A stretch of 44,770 bases of DNA from Clostridiales bacterium (lineage in GTDB: Bacteria > Bacillota > Clostridia > Peptostreptococcales > Anaerovoracaceae): positions 1 through 44,770 of the forward strand of contig JAAZGD010000057.1 in the NCBI GenBank assembly GCA_012511395.1. The letters are read 5' to 3'. Positions 8,647 to 17,497 of the stretch are shown here, piece after piece. A model generated the notes under the pieces. The model was not told the DNA's origin. It worked only from the letters and a program-made list of their open reading frames with translations, and did no database searches. Numbering within the stretch: the stretch's first letter is position 1; every line of letters begins with the position of its first letter. A program made the translations under genes and the position numbers.

Positions 8647-9607
8647 TTTTCTTTTTAGCCTCCCTTTCCTGAACCTTGTCCAGCCTTTTCAATACACTTT
8701 TACAGGAACATGGCTCTTTTATGAACCTTGATATGTCACCTGTCCTGTAGCGAAGAAAGGGCATGCCTTCTCTTGTAAGGGTAGTCATTACTATTTCCCC
8801 CCACTGACCGTCGGGGAGGATTTTTTTTGTTTGAGGGTGGATTATTTCTATAAAAATATCGTTTTCTCTTAAGTGGTATCCCACAGGGGGATCAATTTGG
8901 GAATCCCTGCAGCTCATGGCACAGCCATAGCCTGTTTCCGTCATACCGTAGTGCTCAAAAACCTTGGAACCCCATATATTCTTAATTGAAGTGACAGTAT
9001 GGAGGCTTACGTAATCTGCGCTTAAAAGAACTGATTCAGGCCGTAGATAGGGCTTTCTTTCCATAAGGCCGAGGAGTAAAGAGGGAGGACCTATAATGGA
9101 GGTTATACCATCTTCATCAGGATTAAATGTGGGCTGTGCCCCGAGACGGGTAACGGCTTTTTCTAAAAGCAAGCCCAGAGAGCCTTCCGCTTCGTGGGGA
9201 AAGAGAATCAGAACCTTGTCCTTTTTGGAAATCATGCATCTTAAACCGAAGTTAAAATAGTCCATGGTATTCTCTTGGTCCTTTTCCGTAAAAAAAACCC
9301 TTTTGGGCTCACCTTGGGAGCCGCTTGTAAAGATTGTGACCACCCTTTGGATTCTGCTCTTAGGAACACAGAGCATATCTGAATAATTATCTTTTAAATC
9401 GGAGGTTGTGGTAAAGGGTATGTCTTCCCAGGGCAAAGAAGGGTTAAGCCTCTTTCTGTGAAAGGGGCTTTGTTCATATACATAGAAGATAAGGCCTTCT
9501 CTTTTATTCTTAACGTAGCTGTCAATGGCTTCTCTTGTTAGAGGGAGGTCTTTAGAAAGTCCGAGCTTTTCTTTAATAAAGGGATCAAGATACATTTTTA
9601 CTACCAC
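8633..9607 (-). CDS. PaaK / F390-synthetase-like adenylate-forming enzyme lacking the C-terminal subdomain
   Basis: The AMP-binding motifs are FTSGSQGEPKRV, YGMTETG and RYRTGD. The ORF stops about 35 aa after the TGD motif, at the position of the usual hinge. The start is GTG 9607 or ATG 9595. It overlaps the stop of the upstream gene. Confidence 0.7.
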   Translation of the reverse strand: MVVKMYLDPFIKEKLGLSKDLPLTREAIDSYVKNKREGLIFYVYEQSPFHRKRLNPSLPWEDIPFTTTSDLKDNYSDMLCVPKSRIQRVVTIFTSGSQGEPKRVFFTEKDQENTMDYFNFGLRCMISKKDKVLILFPHEAEGSLGLLLEKAVTRLGAQPTFNPDEDGITSIIGPPSLLLGLMERKPYLRPESVLLSADYVSLHTVTSIKNIWGSKVFEHYGMTETGYGCAMSCRDSQIDPPVGYHLRENDIFIEIIHPQTKKILPDGQWGEIVMTTLTREGMPFLRYRTGDISRFIKEPCSCKSVLKRLDKVQEREAKKKTISL

Positions 9608-9987
9608 TCTAAAAGATCTGTAAGCTTTTCATAGGTGGCTTGAATCAAGGTGGGGCAAAGGGTCTCCTTGCGGGAGTCGTCGTCTCCTACAAGCATGTAA
9701 CAGGAAGTAGTTCCGAAGGTTTCTGTAAACCAGTCATTTAACTGTGAGATTCTATATTCTTTTGCCTTCTCGTTATCTATGAGAGAGAGAAGACAGAACC
9801 CTGCTGAAAGGGCGCCACACTTTTCTGTAAGGCCCATACCGCCGCAAAGACCTCTCATAGCTTTAATAAGATCAGGGTTATCCTTTCCAAGATGTTCCAA
9901 AGCCAGAATGAAAATAATCTGGCTGCAGCAGTAGCCTTCAAGGGACAGCATCATAATTTTTTCTTTCATATTTTTATACCTTTTCAT
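9601..9987 (-). CDS. C-GCAxxG-C-C family (putative redox-active Cys) protein
   Basis: The motifs are GYCCSQII, EKCGALSAGFCLL, SCYMLV and LCPTLI, spaced as in the C_GCAxxG_C_C family. An alternative start lies at 9969 (MKEKIMM). Confidence 0.65.
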   Translation of the reverse strand: MKRYKNMKEKIMMLSLEGYCCSQIIFILALEHLGKDNPDLIKAMRGLCGGMGLTEKCGALSAGFCLLSLIDNEKAKEYRISQLNDWFTETFGTTSCYMLVGDDDSRKETLCPTLIQATYEKLTDLLEW

Positions 9988-10678
9988 AAACTAAAAGACA
10001 GTACCCTGTGTTTTTACTTTGCGCTTCCGCCGGCACATAATCATCAAGGGAGCCTTCCTTCATAATAATTTCAGCTGCATAAGTAGTAAGGTCATAGGTT
10101 CTGTCTTCAAAGAGAAGTTCCTTGAATCCTATTTTCTCAATATCAGGTCTAAGTCTGTCCATAAGAAGGACTTTATTAAAGACATAAGTGGATGGAGGAG
10201 TTTCCTTTTCATCCTCTGAAAGTGTACCCTGTTTATGTCTTTCCTGATAATCGTAAACTTTTTCATCTACTTTTTTTTTATTAAAATCATCCAAAGTCTT
10301 CCAGTAAAGAGAAGAGATTAAAAGTTTTCCGCCTTTTTTTAGAACACAGTAGGCTTCGTGGACAGCCTCCAAAGGCAAATTGATTTCTGAGAGAACGCAC
10401 TCCATTAAGATGCCGTCAAAGGTATGGGAGGAAAAGCCATCAAGAAATTCCCCGTCTCCTATTTGAAAATCTATATGAGGGAACTTTTCTTTGGCCTTCC
10501 CGATTTTTTCTGCATTTAGATCTATGGCCGTTGGAACTAAAGAGTATTCTTCATAAAGGAAGTTGGCAGTATCTCCTTCTCCTGAACCTATATCAAGGAC
10601 CTTGTCTCCCTCTTTAAAATTACAGATTTCCAATCCTCTTCTTGTTATGTCGAATCCGCCTGGTCTTTTAAGACTCAT
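9974..10678 (-). CDS. Class I SAM-dependent methyltransferase
   Basis: Motif I is VLDIGSGEGDTANFL, post-I is AIDLN, and a further motif is ILMECVL. The start ATG at 10676-10678 forms an ATGA overlap with the radical SAM stop. The longest ORF would start at 10726. Confidence 0.75.
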   Translation of the reverse strand: MSLKRPGGFDITRRGLEICNFKEGDKVLDIGSGEGDTANFLYEEYSLVPTAIDLNAEKIGKAKEKFPHIDFQIGDGEFLDGFSSHTFDGILMECVLSEINLPLEAVHEAYCVLKKGGKLLISSLYWKTLDDFNKKKVDEKVYDYQERHKQGTLSEDEKETPPSTYVFNKVLLMDRLRPDIEKIGFKELLFEDRTYDLTTYAAEIIMKEGSLDDYVPAEAQSKNTGYCLLVYEKV

Positions 10679-12060
10679 TTTCTTTCTCCTTCCAGCCGTT
10701 CTCTGTGATAAATATTGTATGAGCAAAAGGGAATTACCCTGTTGTCAGGTGATAACACATGAACTCTGCAGCGCTTCAGCCTTTCCTGATCTACAGACAG
10801 GCAGTCCTGAAAGGCCATGGAAGATAAAGTGAACATGGAACGCTTGCAGTTATACAGAAAGCTGTCAAAGGAATCGGGGGAATCAGCTGAGCAGCAGCAT
10901 GTGTTTCCCTTGCCGCCCCATTTATTTAAAACAAAGCCTCTGTCTTTAATAATGATATCCAAGGGGTCCACAGAAGTACAGCAGCAGGCAGGTTCTTCGA
11001 GAGTATCTTCTCTCAAAGGTGTTATGGTTTTATCCTCTGATATGGTAAAGGTGCCGTGAAATCCACAGAGGGGATGGCCTGTTGCCATGGGAGACAGCAT
11101 GTCTTTAGTAATTTTACCTTCTGTAGCCCTTTCAATCTCATCTAAAAGTTCAAACATTGTAACTCTTTTATTAAGAGTGTCTTTTACTGTATCTACAGGA
11201 TATCTGCCGAAGAAAGAGACGGGCTGAAAGTGAATCCCTGAGACTATATCGAGATTTTCAAAGAGAAAATCCATCATTTCCTTTATTTCATGAAAGTTTA
11301 CACCTTTAACAAGGGTAGGAACAAGGGTAACGGGAAGCTGTGCCTTTCTGCAGTTTTCAATGGCTTTTTTCTTTAAATGAAGAAGCCTTTCATTTCGTAA
11401 AGCCATATAAGTTTTATCATTTGTGGAATCGAATTGAAGAAAGACAACAGATGCGCCGTTTTCTTTAAGATTTTCAGCATAGCCCTCTTCTAGGGCAAGA
11501 CGTTTGCCATTTGTATTTATCTGTAAGTATGGAAAACTTAAATCCTTGGCTGTTTTCAACATTTCCGGCAAGTCATCCCTTACAGTCGGTTCGCCGCCTG
11601 AAAACTGTATGTTGTAGGGCCTTTCTTCTCCCAGAGACTTAAGAAATTTCAACTTTTCCTCTATTTCCAAAAGAGAGGGCTCAAATTCATCTATGGCTCT
11701 CTCAGATTCCGCAAAGCAGTAAGGGCAGTGTTGGTTGCACCGTTTAGTTATCTCAAGCAAAACGCAGCAGGGTGTCTGCATATGGTTTTCACAAGGGCCG
11801 CAATGAAGAGGGCACTCAGTATTGCCCTTAAAGGCGTCCGTTCCCTTAGTCAGAGGCTTTTTAGGAGGAATGTTAACGGTCTTTACAGAATCCCACTTCA
11901 AAAATGCTTCCAAAGAATCACATACTAAAAGAGAAAAATTTCCATGTTCAGGACAAGTTTTTTCCAGATAAACGAGATTGCCGGAAGCTTTGTAGCAAGC
12001 AGGTATAAGCTTTTGGCAACATGGACATAAACTGGTGGTTTTTCTGATAATTTCAGTCAA
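10675..12060 (-). CDS. Radical SAM enzyme with an N-terminal Zn-ribbon-like module and a Cys-rich C-terminal region
   Basis: TTG start with AAGGAGG 7 nt upstream. The Cys motifs are CPCCQ...CPEHG, CPLHCGPCENH, the radical SAM core CNQHCPYC, then ACCCTS and TCCCSA. The C-terminal signature is SSMAFQD...RVIPFCSYN. Confidence 0.8.
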   Translation of the reverse strand: MTEIIRKTTSLCPCCQKLIPACYKASGNLVYLEKTCPEHGNFSLLVCDSLEAFLKWDSVKTVNIPPKKPLTKGTDAFKGNTECPLHCGPCENHMQTPCCVLLEITKRCNQHCPYCFAESERAIDEFEPSLLEIEEKLKFLKSLGEERPYNIQFSGGEPTVRDDLPEMLKTAKDLSFPYLQINTNGKRLALEEGYAENLKENGASVVFLQFDSTNDKTYMALRNERLLHLKKKAIENCRKAQLPVTLVPTLVKGVNFHEIKEMMDFLFENLDIVSGIHFQPVSFFGRYPVDTVKDTLNKRVTMFELLDEIERATEGKITKDMLSPMATGHPLCGFHGTFTISEDKTITPLREDTLEEPACCCTSVDPLDIIIKDRGFVLNKWGGKGNTCCCSADSPDSFDSFLYNCKRSMFTLSSMAFQDCLSVDQERLKRCRVHVLSPDNRVIPFCSYNIYHRERLEGERK

Positions 12061-12084
12061 AATAAAGCCTCCTTAAACAAGGAA

Positions 12085-12113
12085 ATTATATAGGGAGGGT
12101 GATTTTTTGTCAA
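12085..12113 (-). promoter_or_regulatory. Consensus sigma-A promoter of the radical SAM operon
   Basis: On the minus strand it reads TTGACA (12108-12113), a 17-nt spacer, then TATAAT (12085-12090), about 25 nt upstream of the SD. Confidence 0.7.
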
Positions 12114-12169
12114 ACCGGGGGAAAGGTTAAAAATAACAATAAAGTACCATAATCAAATGCAATAGATTA

Positions 12170-12199
12170 TTGATAAAACTGTGGAACTTATGGTATATT
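12170..12199 (+). promoter_or_regulatory. Candidate promoter of the aldehyde oxidoreductase operon
   Basis: TTGATA (12170-12175), an 18-nt spacer ending in TGG, then TATATT (12194-12199). This leaves a leader of about 75 nt before the AGGGAGG SD. Confidence 0.45.
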
Positions 12200-12281
12200 C
12201 AAGGTGGAATATTTTCAAACAATCTCAACTTATATTTATTGTGATTTCTCACAGGAAAAAGATATCAGGGAGGAAGTATCT

Positions 12282-15131
12282 ATGAAATTGCGGAAGCTAA
12301 CTTTAAACATTAACGGCGCGGATAGAATGTTTATCTGCAATCCGGAAACAGACTGTTTGGCCACCGTTATAAGAAGACTTGGTTTAACGGGAACCAAAGT
12401 AGGCTGCGGAACAGGTGTATGTGGTGCCTGCTCTGTTATTCTTAACGGGAAAGTAGTAAGGTCCTGTACAAGGAAAATTTCATCTATTGAGGAATACAGC
12501 AAAATTACCACAATTGAAGGTATAGGTGCTCCAAATTACCTTCATCCTTTGCAGGTGGCATTTATGCATTCAGGTGCTGTACAGTGCGGTTTCTGTACAC
12601 CGGGATTCATCGTATCCGCTTACGGCCTTCTTCAGGAAAACCCCAATCCCACAAGAGAAGACGTGAGAGAGTGGTTCCATAAGCACAGAAACATTTGCAG
12701 ATGTACAGGTTACAAGCAAATAGTGGATGCAGTTATGAATGCAGCTAAAGTAATGCGAGGCGACTGCGCTTTGGAAGACATTATGGTGAAGCTACCTGAA
12801 GACAGGGATTACTACGGCAAGCCCTTAGTAAGGCCTGCAGCTCTTGCAAAGGTATGCGGTGTGGCTGACTACGGTGATGACATTGAGCTTAAGATGCCTG
12901 AAGGAACTCTTCATGCAGTATTTGTTCAGCCTAAAGTAACTCACCATGCGAAGCTTTTGAAGATCAATACGGAAGAAGCAGAAAAAATGCCGGGTGTATA
13001 TAAGATTATTACCCACAAGGATGTTAAAGGATCGAACAGATTGAATTTCTTCCAGCTTTCCGCAAGGACTCTTGCCACAGAGCAGAGCCATGTGCTTTTG
13101 GCTGAAGATAAAATATTCAACTACGGCGACGTTGTGGCCATGGTTGCGGCAGATACCAAAGAACATGCAAGAAATGCCGCTGCCAAGGTTACCATAGAAT
13201 TTGAGCAGCTGCCGGAATACTTAAATTACCTGGAAGCAGTAATGCCTGATGCTCAAAGAATCCATGATGACCATCCAAACGTATGGTGCCTGCAGCCCAC
13301 ATTGAAGGGCGAAGAGGATGTTAAAGGCCTTATAGATAAGTCGGCAAATGTGGTGGAAGGAAGCTTCTACTCCACAAGGGAGCCCCATATGCCTATTGAA
13401 GGCGATACCATTCAAGCTTACTGGGGCGACGACGGCATGTTGACAGTTCACTGTAAAGCTATGGCAATTTACGCAAATATAGGAGATATTGCAGAAGCCA
13501 CAGGAGTTGATCCTGAAAAGATCAGAGTGGTACAAAATCCAACGGGAGCATCCTTTGGATGGGGAATTGCCGGAGCCACTTATTCCCTGGCGGCTATAGC
13601 ATGCTTGGCCTGTGATGACCTTCCTGTTGCTCTGTCCATGAACTATCAGGAATTCATGGCCTTCAGCGGAAAACGTGCACCTTCCTTTACAAATGCAAGG
13701 CTTGCCTGCGATGATAAGGGCAAGATAATTGCTGCAGAGTGGGATTGCGGACTTGATCACGGCGCATATAACGAGCTGGGTGACGACCTGACCACAAGGC
13801 CTGCAAGGTTCACATTCTTCCCCTACAATGTGCCTAATGTTATGGCCCTTTGCAGGGTTGCATGTACAAACCATGCTTATGCAACTGCATATCGTGGTTA
13901 CGGCTCACCTCAAGCATACACATCTTCAGAAGCTCTCATGGATATGATGGCTGAAAAACTTGGAATGGACCCCTTTGAAATAAGATGGGTTAATATTGCA
14001 AGAGAAGGAGATCTTAATATTAACAGCTACCCCTTTGTGGATTACCCAATGGAAAAAATGATGCAGACCATGAAACCGATTTATGAAAAGGCAGTGGCAA
14101 AAGCAAAGGCTGAGGACACTCCTAAAAAGAGAAGGGGAGTGGGAATTGCATGGGGTGGCTACAATGTAACTGAGGGAACCTCCGACCAGTGCACAGTAGC
14201 TCTGGAGTTAAGCCCTGAAGGAAAATTTGTAAAATACGATACTTGGCAGGACCAGGGCCAGGGCGGAGACATAGGATCTCTTATGACTACACTGGAAGCT
14301 CTGAAGCCTTTAGGTGTTTCAGTGGATGATATAGTTCTCATACAAAACGACAGCAAACACTGTCCTGACTCAGGAGCAACCGCTTCAAGCCGTCAGCACT
14401 ATATGAACAGCATCGCAGTTTCCATGGCAGCAGAAAAACTTATAAACGCCATGAAGAAAAAGGACGGAACCTTTAGAACCTACGATGAGATGGTGGCGGA
14501 AAAGATACCTACAAAGTATGAGGCACAGTATGAGAATCCAACAGATCCCGACCTTGCCGATCTTGATCCAAACACAGGCGTAGGAAATCCAACACCTGCA
14601 TATACCTATGCTCTGTTCATGGCAGAAGTGGAAGTGGATACAGAGACGGGCAAGACAAAGGTTATAGGCTATACATCTGTAAATGACGTAGGAGTAATCG
14701 GAAATGTGGCAGCAGTGGAAGGACAAGCTTACGGCGGACTTTCCCACTGCATAGGTTTTGCTCTTTCTGAAAACTATGATGATGTTAAAAAGCATGACAA
14801 TATTTTCGGCGCAGGAATACCAACCTGTACTGACATACCTGATGACTTCAATCTTATTCATCATGTTACTCCAAGGAAGAAGAACCCCTTTGGTTCATCA
14901 GGTTCATCGGAGGCATTCCAGTCCTCAGGTCATATGGCAGTAATAAATGCTATTAACAATGCCTGCGGCGTAAGAATTTATGAGTTGCCTGCAACTCCTG
15001 CGAAAGTTAAGGCCGGGCTGGATAAGCTTGCAAAGGGTGAGGAGATTAAACCGCCTAAGAAATACTTCCTGGGCTCCGACTTCTATGAGGAGATGGCAAA
15101 CTTGAAAGCAAATCCCATTAAGGTGGAATAG
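12282..15131 (+). CDS. Molybdopterin-dependent aldehyde oxidoreductase of the xanthine-oxidase family (single-chain 2x[2Fe-2S] plus Mo domain, Desulfovibrio MOP type)
   Basis: The start MKLRKLTLNINGA follows an AGGGAGG SD. The 2Fe-2S motifs are GCGTGVCGACSV and QCGFCTPGF...CRCTGY. There is no FAD domain. The Mo-domain segments align by eye with D. gigas MOP, including the catalytic Glu context FGSSGSSE. Confidence 0.85.
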   Translation: MKLRKLTLNINGADRMFICNPETDCLATVIRRLGLTGTKVGCGTGVCGACSVILNGKVVRSCTRKISSIEEYSKITTIEGIGAPNYLHPLQVAFMHSGAVQCGFCTPGFIVSAYGLLQENPNPTREDVREWFHKHRNICRCTGYKQIVDAVMNAAKVMRGDCALEDIMVKLPEDRDYYGKPLVRPAALAKVCGVADYGDDIELKMPEGTLHAVFVQPKVTHHAKLLKINTEEAEKMPGVYKIITHKDVKGSNRLNFFQLSARTLATEQSHVLLAEDKIFNYGDVVAMVAADTKEHARNAAAKVTIEFEQLPEYLNYLEAVMPDAQRIHDDHPNVWCLQPTLKGEEDVKGLIDKSANVVEGSFYSTREPHMPIEGDTIQAYWGDDGMLTVHCKAMAIYANIGDIAEATGVDPEKIRVVQNPTGASFGWGIAGATYSLAAIACLACDDLPVALSMNYQEFMAFSGKRAPSFTNARLACDDKGKIIAAEWDCGLDHGAYNELGDDLTTRPARFTFFPYNVPNVMALCRVACTNHAYATAYRGYGSPQAYTSSEALMDMMAEKLGMDPFEIRWVNIAREGDLNINSYPFVDYPMEKMMQTMKPIYEKAVAKAKAEDTPKKRRGVGIAWGGYNVTEGTSDQCTVALELSPEGKFVKYDTWQDQGQGGDIGSLMTTLEALKPLGVSVDDIVLIQNDSKHCPDSGATASSRQHYMNSIAVSMAAEKLINAMKKKDGTFRTYDEMVAEKIPTKYEAQYENPTDPDLADLDPNTGVGNPTPAYTYALFMAEVEVDTETGKTKVIGYTSVNDVGVIGNVAAVEGQAYGGLSHCIGFALSENYDDVKKHDNIFGAGIPTCTDIPDDFNLIHHVTPRKKNPFGSSGSSEAFQSSGHMAVINAINNACGVRIYELPATPAKVKAGLDKLAKGEEIKPPKKYFLGSDFYEEMANLKANPIKVE

Positions 15132-15223
15132 CAAAATCTTTAAAAAGCTGAATAACAAATGAAAGTCGGTAGGTTTGCGGGATGGTTCATTTCGCAAGCC
15201 TATCGTTTTATAAAGGTGAAAGT

Positions 15224-17497
15224 ATGGCATTGGAAGATTATTTGGACAATTTTAAAAACTGCCTTGAAAAGGAGGAGCCTTTTTGTCGTTCTGCCTGTCC
15301 TTTTAGGTTTGACGTAATAGGGATGATGGAAAGGATTAAGAGAGGCGCCTATAGAGGAGCATATCAGCTGTACAGGGACCGGGTGGTTTTTCCTGAAATC
15401 GTATCGATACTCTGTCCAAAACCCTGTGAGGCTGTGTGTCCAAGAAAGGATTACGGAGGCTCTTTGAGGATAAGGGACTTGGAAAAAGCCGTTGTGGAAA
15501 ACACAGAGGACAGGACTCCCACAGTTTTTAATGTGCCCAAAAAAGAAAAAACTCTGGACATCATCGGCGGAGGTATCAGCGGCCTTGCGGTGTTGGCAAG
15601 GCTTGCCGCAAAGAATTACAAGGTTACTCTATATGAAAAGAGCCACAGGTTGGGAGGCCATCTGTGGGAAAGGCTTCCTGACGGTGAGTTTTTAAAAGAC
15701 ATGGAGAACCAGCTTTCAGGCCTTGATTATACATTGAAGCTTAACCATGAGGTGAAGGATTTAAAGGAAGTCCTTCCTGCTTCGGCAGTCTTTGTTGCTA
15801 CAGGAAAAGGAGGCCAACTTTTTTCGGCAAGCCATGAGGACGACCTTTTGGTACCTAAGGAAGGCGAACCCCTTTTAGTTGCGGGGGGCAGATTATTTAT
15901 TGACGATGATATTTACAGCCTTTCAGACAGCCTTGATAAAGCAGTTATGATAGACAACTATTTCAGAACGGGAAGAATCATACCTGCTAAAAAATCAGAG
16001 AAAACCAAAACAGTAGTGGATAAGAAAACCTGGCTCTTTGACGGTGTTAAGGGAAAAGAAGGACAACCTCTTTCGAAGGAAGAAATGTTAAAGGAAGCCC
16101 AAAGATGCTTTTTATGCCAGTGCGATTTTTGCAGAACAAACTGTGATATTTTGGAGTATGTGGATAAATGGCCCTTAAGAGTTAAGGATGAGGTGGTGGC
16201 TACCACCATACCGGGCTGGTCTGAGGTAAAAGCTACTCCCGCAAAAAGGCTTATGAGTTCAAGCAATCTGGAAGATCTTTTAAAAGAGGTGTGTCCTGAA
16301 AAAATAGACCTTGACGGCCTTCTTCTTGAGGGTAGAAAGAGCATGCATAGACAGGACAAGGCTCCTTGGGCTTTCCATGATTTCTGGCTAAAGGACATGG
16401 ACCATGCCGACTCGGAAAAAGCCGCTTTGGGAAGAATGAAGGGTGATAAAGAAAAGTGTGATTATTTGTTTTTCCCGGGATGTCAGCTTGGGGCAAGCCG
16501 TCCCGACCTTTTGGAGAAAGCAGTGGATATTTTCTTTTCAAAGGAGGAGAATTCAGGCCTTCTTCTTCAATGTTGCGGTGTACCTGCTCTTTGGGCAGGC
16601 AGGGAAGATGAATATAATGAAAAACTTAATTTCATAAGGAGCTTTTGGGAAAAGTCCGGGAGGCCAACCGTAGTGACCACTTGCCCCACCTGTCAAAAAA
16701 GGTTTAAGGAAGACCTGGAGGAAATTCCTGTTATCTCCTATTATGAATGGCTTGAGCATAAGAGTGTGGATATTAAAAAAAGCGATAAAGAGTATGCAAT
16801 ATTTGATGCATGCGCTGCAAGAGACTTTCCAAAAATCCATGAGGCAGTAAGAAGTCTTGCAGAAAGAGCGGGGAATTTTAAAGAGCTTCCTGAAAGGGAA
16901 GAGGGGGCCAAGTGTTGCAGCTTTGGAGGCCAGTCCTCCATCGCAAACCCGGGATTTAAGGATTTCGTAGTGGAAAAGAGAAGTTCCTTAAGCCATCTGC
17001 CCTATATAACCTATTGTGTAAATTGCAGAGATGCTTTCCTGGACAAAGAAAAGGAAGCAGTTCATATTTTGGACCTCGTATTTGGAACGGAAAAAGAAAT
17101 TGCCATGAAGGTTTCCACAGAAAGTGAAAGAAGAAGAAACAGAGAAACTCTTAAAAGAGCAGTGCTGAAAAAGCAGTGGGCAGAGGAAGTGAAGGAAGAA
17201 AAAATGGATATAGAACTTGTAATGTCAAAGGAAGTGGAAGAAAAAATCAGCGGTATGAGAATACTGGAGGAAGAGATTATTGAAACTATTGTTTTCTTAG
17301 AAAGCACAGGCAGAAAAATACGACATGAGGGGAAAAACACTTCTTCAGGGTATAAAGAGATAGGCTATATGACGTATTGGGTGGAATATGAAAAGCTTTC
17401 GGAAAATAAGTTTAAGGTTCACAACGCTTATTCCCATAGAATGAAAATAGAGCTGGAGGAGGTTTGGGATGGACGAAAAAGAGACGATCATATGTGA
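15224..17497 (+). CDS. Multidomain redox protein: GltD-like Fe-S N-terminus, FAD-type Rossmann segment, Cys-rich linker and two HdrD/GlpC-like CCG domains
   Basis: Motifs in order are CRSACPF...CPKPCEAVCP, IIGGGISGLAVLARLAAKNYKVTLYEKSHRLGG, CFLCQCDFCRTNC, FFPGCQLG, LLQCCGVPA, CPTCQ, KCCSFGG and YCVNCRD. I chose the start at MALEDYL (15224), which has an AAAGGTGA SD. Confidence 0.7.
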   Translation: MALEDYLDNFKNCLEKEEPFCRSACPFRFDVIGMMERIKRGAYRGAYQLYRDRVVFPEIVSILCPKPCEAVCPRKDYGGSLRIRDLEKAVVENTEDRTPTVFNVPKKEKTLDIIGGGISGLAVLARLAAKNYKVTLYEKSHRLGGHLWERLPDGEFLKDMENQLSGLDYTLKLNHEVKDLKEVLPASAVFVATGKGGQLFSASHEDDLLVPKEGEPLLVAGGRLFIDDDIYSLSDSLDKAVMIDNYFRTGRIIPAKKSEKTKTVVDKKTWLFDGVKGKEGQPLSKEEMLKEAQRCFLCQCDFCRTNCDILEYVDKWPLRVKDEVVATTIPGWSEVKATPAKRLMSSSNLEDLLKEVCPEKIDLDGLLLEGRKSMHRQDKAPWAFHDFWLKDMDHADSEKAALGRMKGDKEKCDYLFFPGCQLGASRPDLLEKAVDIFFSKEENSGLLLQCCGVPALWAGREDEYNEKLNFIRSFWEKSGRPTVVTTCPTCQKRFKEDLEEIPVISYYEWLEHKSVDIKKSDKEYAIFDACAARDFPKIHEAVRSLAERAGNFKELPEREEGAKCCSFGGQSSIANPGFKDFVVEKRSSLSHLPYITYCVNCRDAFLDKEKEAVHILDLVFGTEKEIAMKVSTESERRRNRETLKRAVLKKQWAEEVKEEKMDIELVMSKEVEEKISGMRILEEEIIETIVFLESTGRKIRHEGKNTSSGYKEIGYMTYWVEYEKLSENKFKVHNAYSHRMKIELEEVWDGRKRDDHM

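Noticed and set aside
13221-13874. 217-aa minus-strand ORF, together with 12825-13166, 14385-14864 and 14925-15230, inside the aldehyde oxidoreductase gene
   Set aside because: They are antisense to a strongly supported 949-aa gene. Their translations are Cys/His-rich and low-complexity with no motifs and no SD. They are a typical by-product of the codon bias of the sense gene.
15132-15223. Intercistronic hairpin AGGTTTGCG...CGCAAGCCT between the oxidoreductase and its redox partner
   Set aside because: The 9-bp stem includes a G-U pair, has a 13-nt loop and is followed by only a weak U-tract. It may modulate mRNA stability, but the evidence is too weak to call a terminator or attenuator.
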